Source of the DNA: Octopus sinensis
Taxonomy: Eukaryota
Reading direction: 5' to 3'
Length of the DNA stretch: 64,000 bases
Assembly: GCF_006345805.1 (NCBI RefSeq)
Contig: NC_043016.1
Location: forward strand, 24,242,001-24,306,000
Made by a program: the position numbers and the translations under genes. Below, in pieces: positions 13,232 to 24,059 of the stretch (the stretch's first letter is position 1; each line of letters begins with the position of its first letter). The notes below the pieces were generated by a model, which saw nothing but the letters and a program-made list of their open reading frames with translations, made no database searches and had not been told where the DNA came from.

Positions 13232-13879
13232 TAACAAATAAAAAAAATTGAATATCTCACGAAAATACAACAGAAGTAGAATGCCACAGGAAAGGTGGGT
13301 TTTTGGCGGACGTTCCTGTGCTACTTCGCATTGGTCAATACATAAGACTAACTTTAGAAGCCTGAAGAATATAGCTTATAACATTTGACCTCATTCAATT
13401 TTACAACAACGACAGGAAAATGAAGTTGGTGCAATTCCCCACTTTAGGGTCGAATTATCTCCAGAAAAATTTTAAAGTGCGTTAAGATGGTCAGCACATA
13501 TATTCACCTATGATGAATTGTTAGTTATTTCAGTGTCCAACCAGACACGCAGGAACAAAAGGTAACAGTCTTTCATTTTTACCAAAAGAAAGCAGCTTAC
13601 AATCCAACATTAACTAGATACAGACAAACTATATTTGAACATCGATTATTATTACTCTAAAGCACTGTTTCGCAGAGCAATGAGCCAAGTTCAGTAGATA
13701 GTAAGGATTGAAAAAAGACATTGCCATACTTTACCATAAAATGAAGAGTGCTCGAAATTTTTGAACTTGTCCAACATTATACAGGAAAAAAAGTGAAGCA
13801 AATTATTTCAAGAAGGGAATTATTTTCCTTCATTTTTGCAGGAAGGTAGTGCTGGTACTTTTTCTTAAATTAACAATTT

Positions 13880-14540
13880 TCATAAACGACGATAAACCGA
13901 ACATACCGTCGGTGGGTTGGGGAGGCTCGCACCATTCTGTGTTGCAGCATAACAAAAAAAAAAAAAAAATCGAGACATTTAACGGAACCAACAACGGGCT
14001 TACAATTTGATATTACGAAAACAAAACAAACTTTTGTTGATACCCAAGGGAATTTGACAAATGAAACTTTAGGTTTCACAAGTACTTGGAGGGTCACTGC
14101 TTCCGTAGCCGAACAAACAAACTTCGTAAGTACTGGGAGCTGTCAGTGAATCATTTCTTCCAGCATTTGAGTAGGCTGAGCCGCTAACAGTGAAGTTCCC
14201 GTTATCATTGGCGGCTCGCTTTAGCGAGGTGTTAGTGATGCCCCCTGACCTTTTGATCTTGAGTCTACTCGTTCCGAACCAAAATAAGGAGATTTGCAGC
14301 ATATTAGGGGGTCAGGGTACTCTAGTCCAAGCAAAAAGTCCGAGTTTTTTTGTTGTTGTTTTTTTTTCCTTAGTTAAAATCGTGCAGGTGTTAATACAGA
14401 AATTTACCAAAAAAATCTGATTAGAAAAGTGGTCTCTGCTAAGTTTCCATGTGTGAAGAAAAACCATTAGAGACTGCGATATAAAGTAATTTTCTTGAAG
14501 CAAGAGATAAACAAGCGAGCTAATTTCGCCGAACGGTTTC
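13880..14540. promoter_or_regulatory. CpG-enriched unique segment, possible promoter or first-exon region
   Basis: CpG and GC above background; on - strand a T-tract...CACAG|30 nt|GTATGT mini-exon at about 13907-13936. No transcript evidence. Confidence 0.3.
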
Positions 14541-15046
14541 AGCTTTTGCTTACAGTTCCCTTAGCAAACATAGAAGAGTCCAAAGCTATCGAACATATGG
14601 AATTAATTGTCCAATAAACTTCTAGTTTGAGTCAATTTTTCTATGGCTATTGCAGAAAATCATGTATTCTTTACGTATAAAATCCATGTATAAATTCTAT
14701 TATTTCTTGGAATCTTTTAAGTACAGGTGAATTAATAAACAGCATTTCTGGCCTGTCGTTTGTTTTTAGAAGTAGAGTATCAATCTAAAATAGAAAGAAA
14801 AATGAATAAAGATACACATAAGAAATAAATTACAATGATATAAGAATTATTTGCTATAAAAGGTAACATACGAGGTAATAAGAAGATAAATCATCTGAAG
14901 CTAATAGGAAACCATTATTCTTTTCTTCTGAATGGTGGTGTGGAGTTGCTCAAGCACAATAGTTCCAGCTTCTTGGTACCACACAGATTGTCAAGTGGTA
15001 CTCAGAGCCCAGTCGGATGGAATTTACATACTTGTTAAACAAAGGA

Positions 15047-15066
15047 GCCGGAAGTGACATCAGCTG
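15047..15066. promoter_or_regulatory. Ets/GABP-type motif overlapping a CRE-like site and an E-box
   Basis: GCCGGAAGTGACATCAGCTG; motif match only. Confidence 0.3.
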
Positions 15067-16344
15067 AATAATGCAAATTTACTTTTATGGGTGTAAAGAC
15101 ACTGAAGATATTCGACCTGCTAGAAATAGCAGTCAAATCTCTTTCAAACTACAGTGTCATCTTAAAAAGGAGGACACAATGAATAGTGTTGTCTAATATA
15201 CACTTTGCTCCAAAAATAAAAGAAAGTGAACAGATGTAATAGCTCATGTAGTTATACATAATCTTAATAAAAAGAGTCGGTTATCAGAATTCTTTGGTCA
15301 TAACGCCTGCTCGATCAGCTTTCATTTGGTACTAAGCACTATATCAAAGAAGACTTCACAAAATGAGAAATTTGGTACAAGGCTGGCAGTGTTGAGGGTA
15401 GGGAACAAATTGATTGCATTGGTCCAGTACTTGATTACTAACGACACTTGAAGAGTAAAAGGTTAAGTTGACTTAGGCCGGATTTGCACTCTGAACGAAA
15501 AGAGCCTGAGAAATACCGCTAAACATTTTTGTCTGACGCACTAAAAATTCTTCTACAGATAAGCAAATTGAACTTTAAAAAACAAATACAAAATGAAAGA
15601 AAGTAAGCTTCTAACTTGTTACCTAAAATGCAAACGTACATTGCGCAAATAGAGAAGAAAAAACAGTAATCAACGATTTCCTCATGAACGGAATCAAAAT
15701 CAATGCTTTCTAAGGATTTTATTGATGAAAACATGTCTAAGAAATATTCAATATTTCCCCATGTTGCAGCATAAAATGTATTGCACTTGTAGGAATTTGA
15801 ACCCCAACAACAAAATTATCAGTTCATGATCACAAGTAAGCTACAACACTGATATGCAATGTTCATTGTGATAGCCCTTCATCTATGGACGATATTACCT
15901 GGATAGCAGTCTAGTAGATCCTTACTCTTTGATGCGAATCTGCTCCATCCACAACGTACTGAACATCAGAAATGTCTCCACTGTTTAATTCTTGGTTTAA
16001 TGTTGCTCTTGTTGTTCCGCTGAGAAATATTCTTTTTTCCTTTGAATATAAAATTATCATCAAGATTTGTTTCTGTCACTGAGGCGATCTTGCACAGCAC
16101 ACCAGGTAAGACAATTATATTAGTAATACATCTGCCAAGGGTTTCCATGGATGGCAGATGTATACATGGCTCATTTTGTTGTAACTATAGACTGAATTTG
16201 GTGAAAGTAAGGATTGCTGCAATTTGAAACAATATAGCTGGTTCCAATAATCTGTTGGAAAAACTTTTGGAATATCAACAAAGTCTTCACTGGGCGGTCT
16301 AGACGTAGGCTGAAATTGACTAAGATAAACTTTTAGTCATTCTC

Positions 16345-16552
16345 AAACATAAAGGGGATAAACAAGGACAGACAAAGGTACTAAGTCGATTAAATCGACC
16401 CCAGTGCGTAACTGGTACTTAATTTATCGACCCTGAAAGGATGAAAGGCAAAGTCGACCTCGGCAGAATTTGAACTCAGAACGTAGCGGCAGACGAAATA
16501 CTGCTAAGCATTTCGCCCGGCGTGCTAACGTTTCTGCTAGCTCACCGCCTTC
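16345..16552 (-). mobile_element. tRNA-derived SINE (family B, Meta/MESC-like core)
   Basis: On -: GGCGGTGAGCTAGCAGAAACGTTAG...GAGTTCAAATTC...GCCTTTCATCCTTTCAGGGTCGATAAATTAAGTACC; other copies near 15370, 18285, 35280, 36260, 51410, 52155, 52385, 52648, 63105 (-) and 29650 (+). Confidence 0.8.
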
Positions 16553-16726
16553 AAATGACTTTTTGTCCGATGCGCTAGCGATTCTTCTATAGTTAAACAA
16601 ATAAACAAATAAAAAAAAATAGAAAAAGAAAGAAACTAAGCTTCCAACTTGTTACAAGTGTAAATTGTGCAAATAGAAAGGAAAAACAGTAAATGATGAA
16701 AAATCAGTCACAAATGTAAACTTATA

Positions 16727-16811
16727 GGCGAAGGTAAAGAATACGTACACACGATGGTTAGGGTTTTAGTTACGCCGAAAACCTGTGGTGTACGTATTCT
16801 TTACCTCCGCC
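16727..16811. mobile_element. 85-bp MITE with 24-bp inverted repeats and an 8-bp target-site-like duplication
   Basis: GGCGAAGGTAAAGAATACGTACAC versus GTGTACGTATTCTTTACCTCCGCC (1 mismatch); flanks AACTTATA and AACTTATT. Confidence 0.75.
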
Positions 16812-18821
16812 AACTTATTACATCATAAGCTCTAACATTGATCTTAAATTTTGGTTATAAATTATTCTGCCAGCTTGTCTCCTGACATTTGAATACCTGG
16901 CCCAGACAACGACTTCTCCAATAATATTTTTGGTTTCTCTTTATAATTTTTCTCTTTCTTATTTATATCCGAGAAACATTGGTTTGTTTGTAGCCGAGCT
17001 CTTTTTGTCGAGTAAACTATTTGATATTTTTCAACTAAAGTTTCATTTGACATATTCACTCGCCAAAATTCATTAGAAAATTCAATAACTTCTTTATTTC
17101 TGCTTTTCATTTCTGACTTTATCAAAACTTGGATCTTATTTATTTATTTATTTTCGAATACTTTCTAAAGGTTTCTCTGTGGATTCAAAATTTCTAGATT
17201 TTGTCATGATTGACAAAAAAAAAGAAAGAAAAAGAACTGGATCCACATTCGTAAAAATATGTCTGTAAATTTAAATTGAAAGTTAACACAGTTCTTAATC
17301 ATAATCATAATCCCTCGAACTTGCCTACCCTGAAAAGTCGTGAGAATTCGAACCTGGAGCTAGAAAATGTAGTGAGAAATGATAAAAAGTAGTGAAATAT
17401 GTCAAATTTTCTGGAAGAACCAGTTTTAGTGTAAGCACAATTGAGATTCAGTGTCAGTTGATATCTACAGTAAACAACGAAACGTAGTGCTTTTATTAAT
17501 ATCCTTTTTGTGTGATAAGAAAGAACAAACGTGTATTGTAAATATAACTCAAAGCTTGAGCATAAACAACAGAACCAGTCGAGTTAAGAACATAAATAGC
17601 CGAACCATAGAGTAAATATAACATAAGTTAATAACATTCAAGTCATTTTAAAGCTTTTAGCCCTTTTTGTGCTTATTATAATTAAAAGCTGCATTCTTAG
17701 GACTTTTCAGCAATTCTGCTTCAAGCTTGAAGTTGAAAATGGTGTTGTGGGCTCTGGACACTAAGATTTCGCAGAATACTAGAAAGTGAACCATCTAGAG
17801 CTGGCTTAGAGCGACTGTCTGACTTATTCTTCCTAACAGTGTTGAACAATCATTTCTGTTTCATGTGACTATACAGAACAACTAACTTTTAGTGAAAATA
17901 AGGATTGCTGCAGTTTGAAACAATATAGCTGGTTCCAATAATCTGTTGTGTTGGAAAAACTTTTGGAATATAAACAAACTCTTCATTGAGCGGTCTAGAT
18001 GTAGGCTAAAATTGTGCTTTGGGACTGAGATAAATCTTTAGTCATTCTAAAGTTTTTTAGAGTTAATCTTTGGAAAAAGTATGAGAAAATTTTTGTGAGT
18101 GCATGAAATTATGAGTAAAATCTTGAGACTATGCAAAGTTTTGGCAAGTCTGTATATGTTAAATAACAAAGTTCTTGCTGAGCTTGATAGAATAAAGTTA
18201 TTTTTAAGAGTTAAGTAATAATTTTATTCTGAAAAGTGACGGTAATAAAATATGTACCTTCCCTCTTTTTAGCACACCATTAAACCCCCAGTGTGCAATT
18301 TTATGCACCCCAAAAGGATGAAAAGCAAAGGTGATCTTGGCAGAATTTGAACTCTCAGAATGTAAAAACGGACACAGTGCCACTAAGCATCTCACTCAAT
18401 GTGCTGGCTCACTGCCTTTTTTAGAAAGTGGCCAACAAACCACTGCAGAGAATCAGCCTCTGTACTTCTCAAATTCCAGTTAACTACTCTGTACAAGCTC
18501 AGCGATCCATGTACTTTAATATTAACTAGATAATTAAGAAAATTAACATGTTTTAGAAGTCTGTCTGTTTCATTCATGTAAAACTGCATGTCTCACTTGA
18601 TACATGTATGTTTGTTATAGTGAAAATTATTTTACGTTCAACATTGAGGGTACCCAATCTATTTACCTTACAAAATGACACTGTAAGCTTCATATATCTT
18701 ATTTGGAATCTCTCTGTACTTTGATGAAAATCATAGCTTTTATATGTGAGAATCAAAATAAAATGTCTGATTAGAACAGTTGAGTAAATGACATTTTTCT
18801 ATGGATAGTGAAAGATACTGA

Positions 18822-20097
18822 AAGGTAGACTGGACTGTTGATAGGTGTGTTGGCTATGGACACAGTACAGTGGAGTATACCACACTGTGGTGGACACAGT
18901 ACAGTGGAGTATACCACATTGTGATACCTACTTATAGCTAGGTTGAATGGACTGCTGACATTTAAATGTGTTGGTCATGAACACAGTACAGTGAAGTATA
19001 CCACATTGTGGTACAAGCTGACAACTAGGTAGACTGAACTGTTGACAGTTCAGTGTGTTGGTCACAGACACAGTACATTGAACTAATCTACACTGTGATA
19101 CCTACCTACACCTAGGTAGAGTGGACTGTTGACATGTAAATGTATTCGTCATGGACACAGTACAGTGAAGTATATCACACTGTGCTACCTACTCGCATCC
19201 AGGTATACTGGACTGTGGACAGTTAAGTGTGTAGTTAATAGACACAATACAGTGAACTATACCACGTTGAGGAATCTACTTACAGTTAGGTAGATTGGGT
19301 TGTGGACACTAGTGTGTTGGTCATGGACACAGTACAGGGACCTATACCACACTGTGGTACCTACTTACAGCTAGATAGACTGGACTGTTGACATTGTGTT
19401 TTAAGTAAACTGGACTGCTGACAGTTAACTGTATTGTTCATGGACAAAATACATTGAACTATACCACACTGTGGTACCTCTTTACAGCTAGGTAGACTGG
19501 ACTGTGAACAGTTAAGAGTGTTGTTTGTTGACACAGTACAGTAAACTATACTACACTGTGGTACCTACTTAGAGCTAGGTGGACTGGACTGTTGACCTTG
19601 AAGTGTTTGTGTCATGGACATAGTACAGTGAGCTATAAAACATTGTGGTACCTACTTACAGTTAGGTAGGCTGGACTGTTGACAGTTAAGTGGATTCATC
19701 ATGGACACAGTACAGTGGAGACTACATTCAACTAGGTAGACTGGACTTTGGACACTTAAATGTGTTGGTCATAGAAATGCTACTGGGAAGTATACCACAC
19801 AGCGGTACCTACTTATAGCTAGGTAGACTGGACTGTTGACAGTTGAGTGCATTGGTTATGGACACAGTAGTGAACATATCACAATGTGGTACCTACTTAC
19901 AGCCAGGTAAGCTGGACTGTTCACATGTAAGTGTGTTTTTCATGGACACAGTACATTGAACTATACCACACTATGGTATCGTTTTACAGCTAGGTAGACT
20001 GGAGTGTAGACAGTTAAGTGTCTTGGTCATAGATATAGTACAGTGAAGTATACCACACTGTGGTACCTATTTACAGCCAGCTACACTGGACTGTTAC
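18822..20097. repeat. 87-bp tandem satellite, about 15 diverged units
   Basis: CTAGGT or variant at 18938, 19025, 19112, 19199; consensus CTAGGTAGACTGGACTGTTGACAGTTAAGTGTGTTGGTCATGGACACAGTACAGTGAACTATACCACACTGTGGTACCTACTTACAG. Confidence 0.95.
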
Positions 20098-20520
20098 AGT
20101 GTGTGTGTATACGTGTGGGTGTGAGTGTGTCTTGTATTTGTCGGGGGGGGGGGTGTCATTGTGTTTGTGAGTGATTGTTGGGATTGTATTGTGTGTATTT
20201 TGAGTGTGTTCGTGTGTGATTTTTTACTGGGGAACAGGCGTATTGTGTTTGTGTGTGTGTATGTATATATGTGTGCATATATATGTGTGTGGGGGGGTTG
20301 TGTTGTATTTGCGTGTTTGTGTGTGATTCTGTGTATGTGTGTTTGTGTGAATGTAATTTGTGATTGTCAGGGTGGTATGTGTAGGTGTGTGCATGTACGT
20401 GTTTACGTATGTGTGTGTGAATGCTGGTTATCATTGCTAGAATCATATTGCAAGTGTATATATGTATGTGTTTTTTCTTGGAATGTGTGTTTGTGCTCTA
20501 TGTAGGGGATTGCTGAGTCT

Positions 20521-23500
20521 TCTCACGTACTGAATATTTCCAAAGGTCTCAGTCACTAGTCATTGCCTCAGTGAGGCCTAATGTTCATGCGTTACCTCTT
20601 CATCCCAGGTCTTCCTGGGTCTACCTCTTCCACAGGTTCCCTCAACCGCTAGGGTGTGGCACTTTTTCACACAGCTATCCTCATCCATTCTTGCCACATG
20701 ACCATACCAATGCAGTCGTCTCTCTTGCACATCACATCTGATGCTTCTTAGGGACAACTTTTCTCTCAAGGTACTTACACTCTATCGAGTAGGCACACTG
20801 ACATTACACATCCAGCAGAGCAAACTAGCTTCATTCCTTGCGAGCTTACGCATATACTCAGCAGTCATGGCCCATGTTTCACTGCCATGTAGATGGCTGT
20901 TCATACACATGCGTCATACAGTCTACCTTTTACTCTGAGCAAGAGGCCCTTTGTTACCAGCAGAGGTAAGAGCTCTCTGAACTTTGCCCAGGCTATTCTT
21001 ATTCTAGCAGGTACACTTTCAGTGCACCCTCCCCCATTACTTACTTGGTCACCTAGGTAATGGAAGCTATCAACTACTTCTAGTTTTTCTCCCTGGAATC
21101 TGGCGGAAGTTGTTCTCTGCATATTTTCAGTGTTTATTGCTCCTGAGCATCTGCCACATACAAAAACTATCTTCCCAGTTAGCCTTCCTTTGATATTGCT
21201 GCACTTCTTATGTGTCCATAGCTTACACTGGGTACATCTTATACAGTTTTTACCTACGCCTTTTCTACAGATTGAGCAGGGCCATCTACCTAGAGGGATT
21301 TGTGGTTTGTCTGCCTTCCTGCTTATTAGGACTTTGGTTTTAGCTAGGTTGACTCTAAGGTCCTTCGATTCTAATCCTTGCTTTCACACCTGAAACTTCT
21401 CCTCTCATTCTGATAGTGACTAGCAATTAGAGCAAGGTCATCATCATAGAGGAGGTGCCAGGGGCATCCTGTCTTGAATTTCTCTGTTATTGCCTGGAAG
21501 ACTATGATAAATAGGAGGGGGCAGACTGAACCTTGGTGGACCCCTACCTCTACCCTGAATTCTTCACTGTACTCGTTGCCAACCCTCACCTTACTGACAG
21601 CATCCCTGTACATGGCTTGCACAGCTCTTACTAACTATTCATCTATCCCTAGTTTCCTCATTGACCACTCGATAAGGGATTGGGGGACCCTGTCAAAAGC
21701 TTTCTCCATGTCAATGAAAGCCAGGTACAGAGGTTTATCTTTGGCTAGGTATTTCTCCTGCAGCTGTCTTACTAGAAATATAGCATCAGTGGTGCTTTTC
21801 CCTGGCACGAACTCAAACTGCAACTCATCTAAACTGACTCTCTCTCTAATTAGTTGGGCTATGACCCTCTCCGTGACCTTCATTACCTGATCCAACAACT
21901 TGATACCTCTAATTATTTGTATCTAAAGCGTTACCTTTACCTTTGTAGTAGTTGACTATTATGCTGCTACACCAGTCATTGGGCATGACTACTTCATGTA
22001 TCACCTGGTTAACTATACAGGTGACTAGGCTATAGCCAATACCGCCAGATATTTTGAGCATCTCTGCAGTGATTCCTGATGGGCCGGGGGCTTTCTCTGT
22101 CTTAATAATCTTAATTGCTTTATCTACCAAGGTACTGTCAATTCAGAAAGCTGGTCCCTCTTTTGGGTCGACATTCGGCAGACTCTCTTGCTCCCATTCA
22201 TTTTCTTTATTCAGCAACCTTTCATAGTGGCGTCTCGAAATCTCTCTCTTTGCAGCCTCATCTAGTGCAAGTGAACCATCATCCATGCGGACACATTTCT
22301 CTCCTACGACATCACAATTCTCTCTCACAGACTGTCTTGCAACATGAGATACCTCAAGTCTTTGGTCTTCACGGTGCAGAATGTTGGCAAATTTTTTCCT
22401 AACTGCTTCCCCTCTGGCTAGATAGACCTGTCTCCTAGCTTCCCTTTTAGCAGTCTGATACAATTCCCTGCTACCACCATTCTTCCAGTCCTTCCAAACC
22501 AGTTTCTTTACTCTAATAGCCCTGTCAACAACATTGTTCCACCACTATGTTATTTTGGGTTGAGAGGGGACTTTGCACAATCCACAGATTTGGTCAGTGG
22601 CCCTCAGCAGAAACCTCCAGTTGTCTTCTACATTGTGTGAGGATATATCCCCTTCTATTTCGTCAAAGGCTTCAAGTAATATGTTTCTAAATCTCTGTCC
22701 ATTCGCAGGATCTTTAAGCTCCAGAACCTTCTCCTCCATGCTGGTCGCCTTCTGGGCATCCATTTAGTCCTGATCCTGAAGTCACTAAGTACCAGTCTAT
22801 GTTGTGGGGTACATTCTTCGCCTGGGAAGGTTTTGGCATTTATAAGCAGCCATCTTTCCCTTTTCCTGGTGAAGATGTAGTCAATTTGGCTAGTATGTCT
22901 GCCAGAACGGTAGGTAACTAGATGACTGACAGGTTTCCTGAAGTTAGCATTGCAAACCATGAGATCATTTGCATCGCAGAACTCCAGCAGCCTGGTTTCC
23001 TCCTCATTGCAGGAACCAAAACCATAACCTCCATGTACGCCATGGAAACACCTTGTATGTTGTCCAACATGTTCATTGAAGTAACCAGCCACAAAGAGAA
23101 GGTCCTTGTCATTCGTCAACGAGGTAGTCTGCAAGAGGATGTCATAAAATTGGTCTTTCTGTCCATCGGGTAGCCCCGGCTGAGGGGCATAGGCCAAGAT
23201 AATGGTTGCTAACCCATGATGAAGCACTAATCTAATCTTAAGTATTCTGTTGCATACTCTGACTACCTCAATAACCTTATCAACCCATTTCTCTGCAAGA
23301 ATTATATCTATGCCCCCAACACCGACAGTGTTCCCTGCCCAGAAAATCTTGTACCTGTGTTGTTTGCCTGTGAGGAACCAAGTGGAACCTCCTCTCCACC
23401 TTACTTCTTGGAGACAGCATAAATCTACTTGTCTCTGTTCAAGCATCTCAACAATCTCACCAGACCTACCTTTCAGTGTGCCGACATTGAGACTGCCAAC

Positions 23501-23563
23501 CCTAAGGGTGTGGGAGGTGTGGGCCCATGAGACTCTGGGACGAGGGACAGCAGTGTCATGTAC
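20521..23563 (-). mobile_element. Near full-length RTE LINE (APE endonuclease and RT), pseudogenised
   Basis: LNVGTL, CLQEVRW, AYAPQ, SQIDY, QHRLV (APE); KAPGPSGI, FIDMEKAFDRV, GVHQGSV, LYDDDLAL, YLGD (RT); many frameshifts. Confidence 0.95.
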
Positions 23564-24059
23564 CTAAAAAGAAAGCTCACATTTGGTAGAATTCATAAAC
23601 AAACAATAGCTTTCAATTCAACTTGAGGATAGGACTTCTGGTGCAGGTGGAGAGGGTGGGTGTACTGCTAACTAGCAAATTTAGGCGAGAGCATCTTCTG
23701 AATACGTATTCTTTTGGCAGAGGTATTAAAAAATTGAGTAGGGGAATCCGAGTGCATGCACTAGTTTATATAGGATGGGGATGGTGGTGGAGGAGGAAGT
23801 CTTGGTGAAGCGAAAGGTAATTGAAAGATAGACAAACAGAGTGAGGCCCAGAGACAGAAACAGAGTGAGACAGAGAGAGAGAGGGGGGGTACCAAAGTGA
23901 AGATGGTCAGAACACGAGCGAGAAAAATATCCTTTTGGGATTTGGGTAGCATAATTTAATAAAACAGCAAATGTTGATAATAGTAAAATAGAATTGAAAA
24001 GTTATTTTGTACATCTGTATATGTTTCTGTATGTGTTGTTGTGGATGTGTACCTGGCGG

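Larger units (their letters stand above)
4030..13640. repeat. Array of locally duplicated, diverged modules of unknown origin
   Basis: 4690-5155 matches 7440-7925; 5255-5940 matches 10830-11525; 4030-4370 matches 9355-9470 plus 10570-10830; 7778-8050 matches 12208-12500; motif CCTCTGCTA...CCTCAGGAATACAGC recurs about 9 times. Confidence 0.85.

Noticed and set aside
13980-14345. RNase P/MRP, 7SK or telomerase RNA
   Set aside because: Candidate conserved motifs are in the wrong order or missing, and there is no CTAACCC template in this segment.
18822-20097. CRISPR-like array
   Set aside because: Whole units repeat with no unique spacers, there are no cas genes, and the context is eukaryotic.
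20125-20505. Cys/Val- or His/Thr-rich ORFs (also near 25.5, 28.6, 41.0, 48.7 and 56.9 kb)
   Set aside because: Translations of microsatellites.
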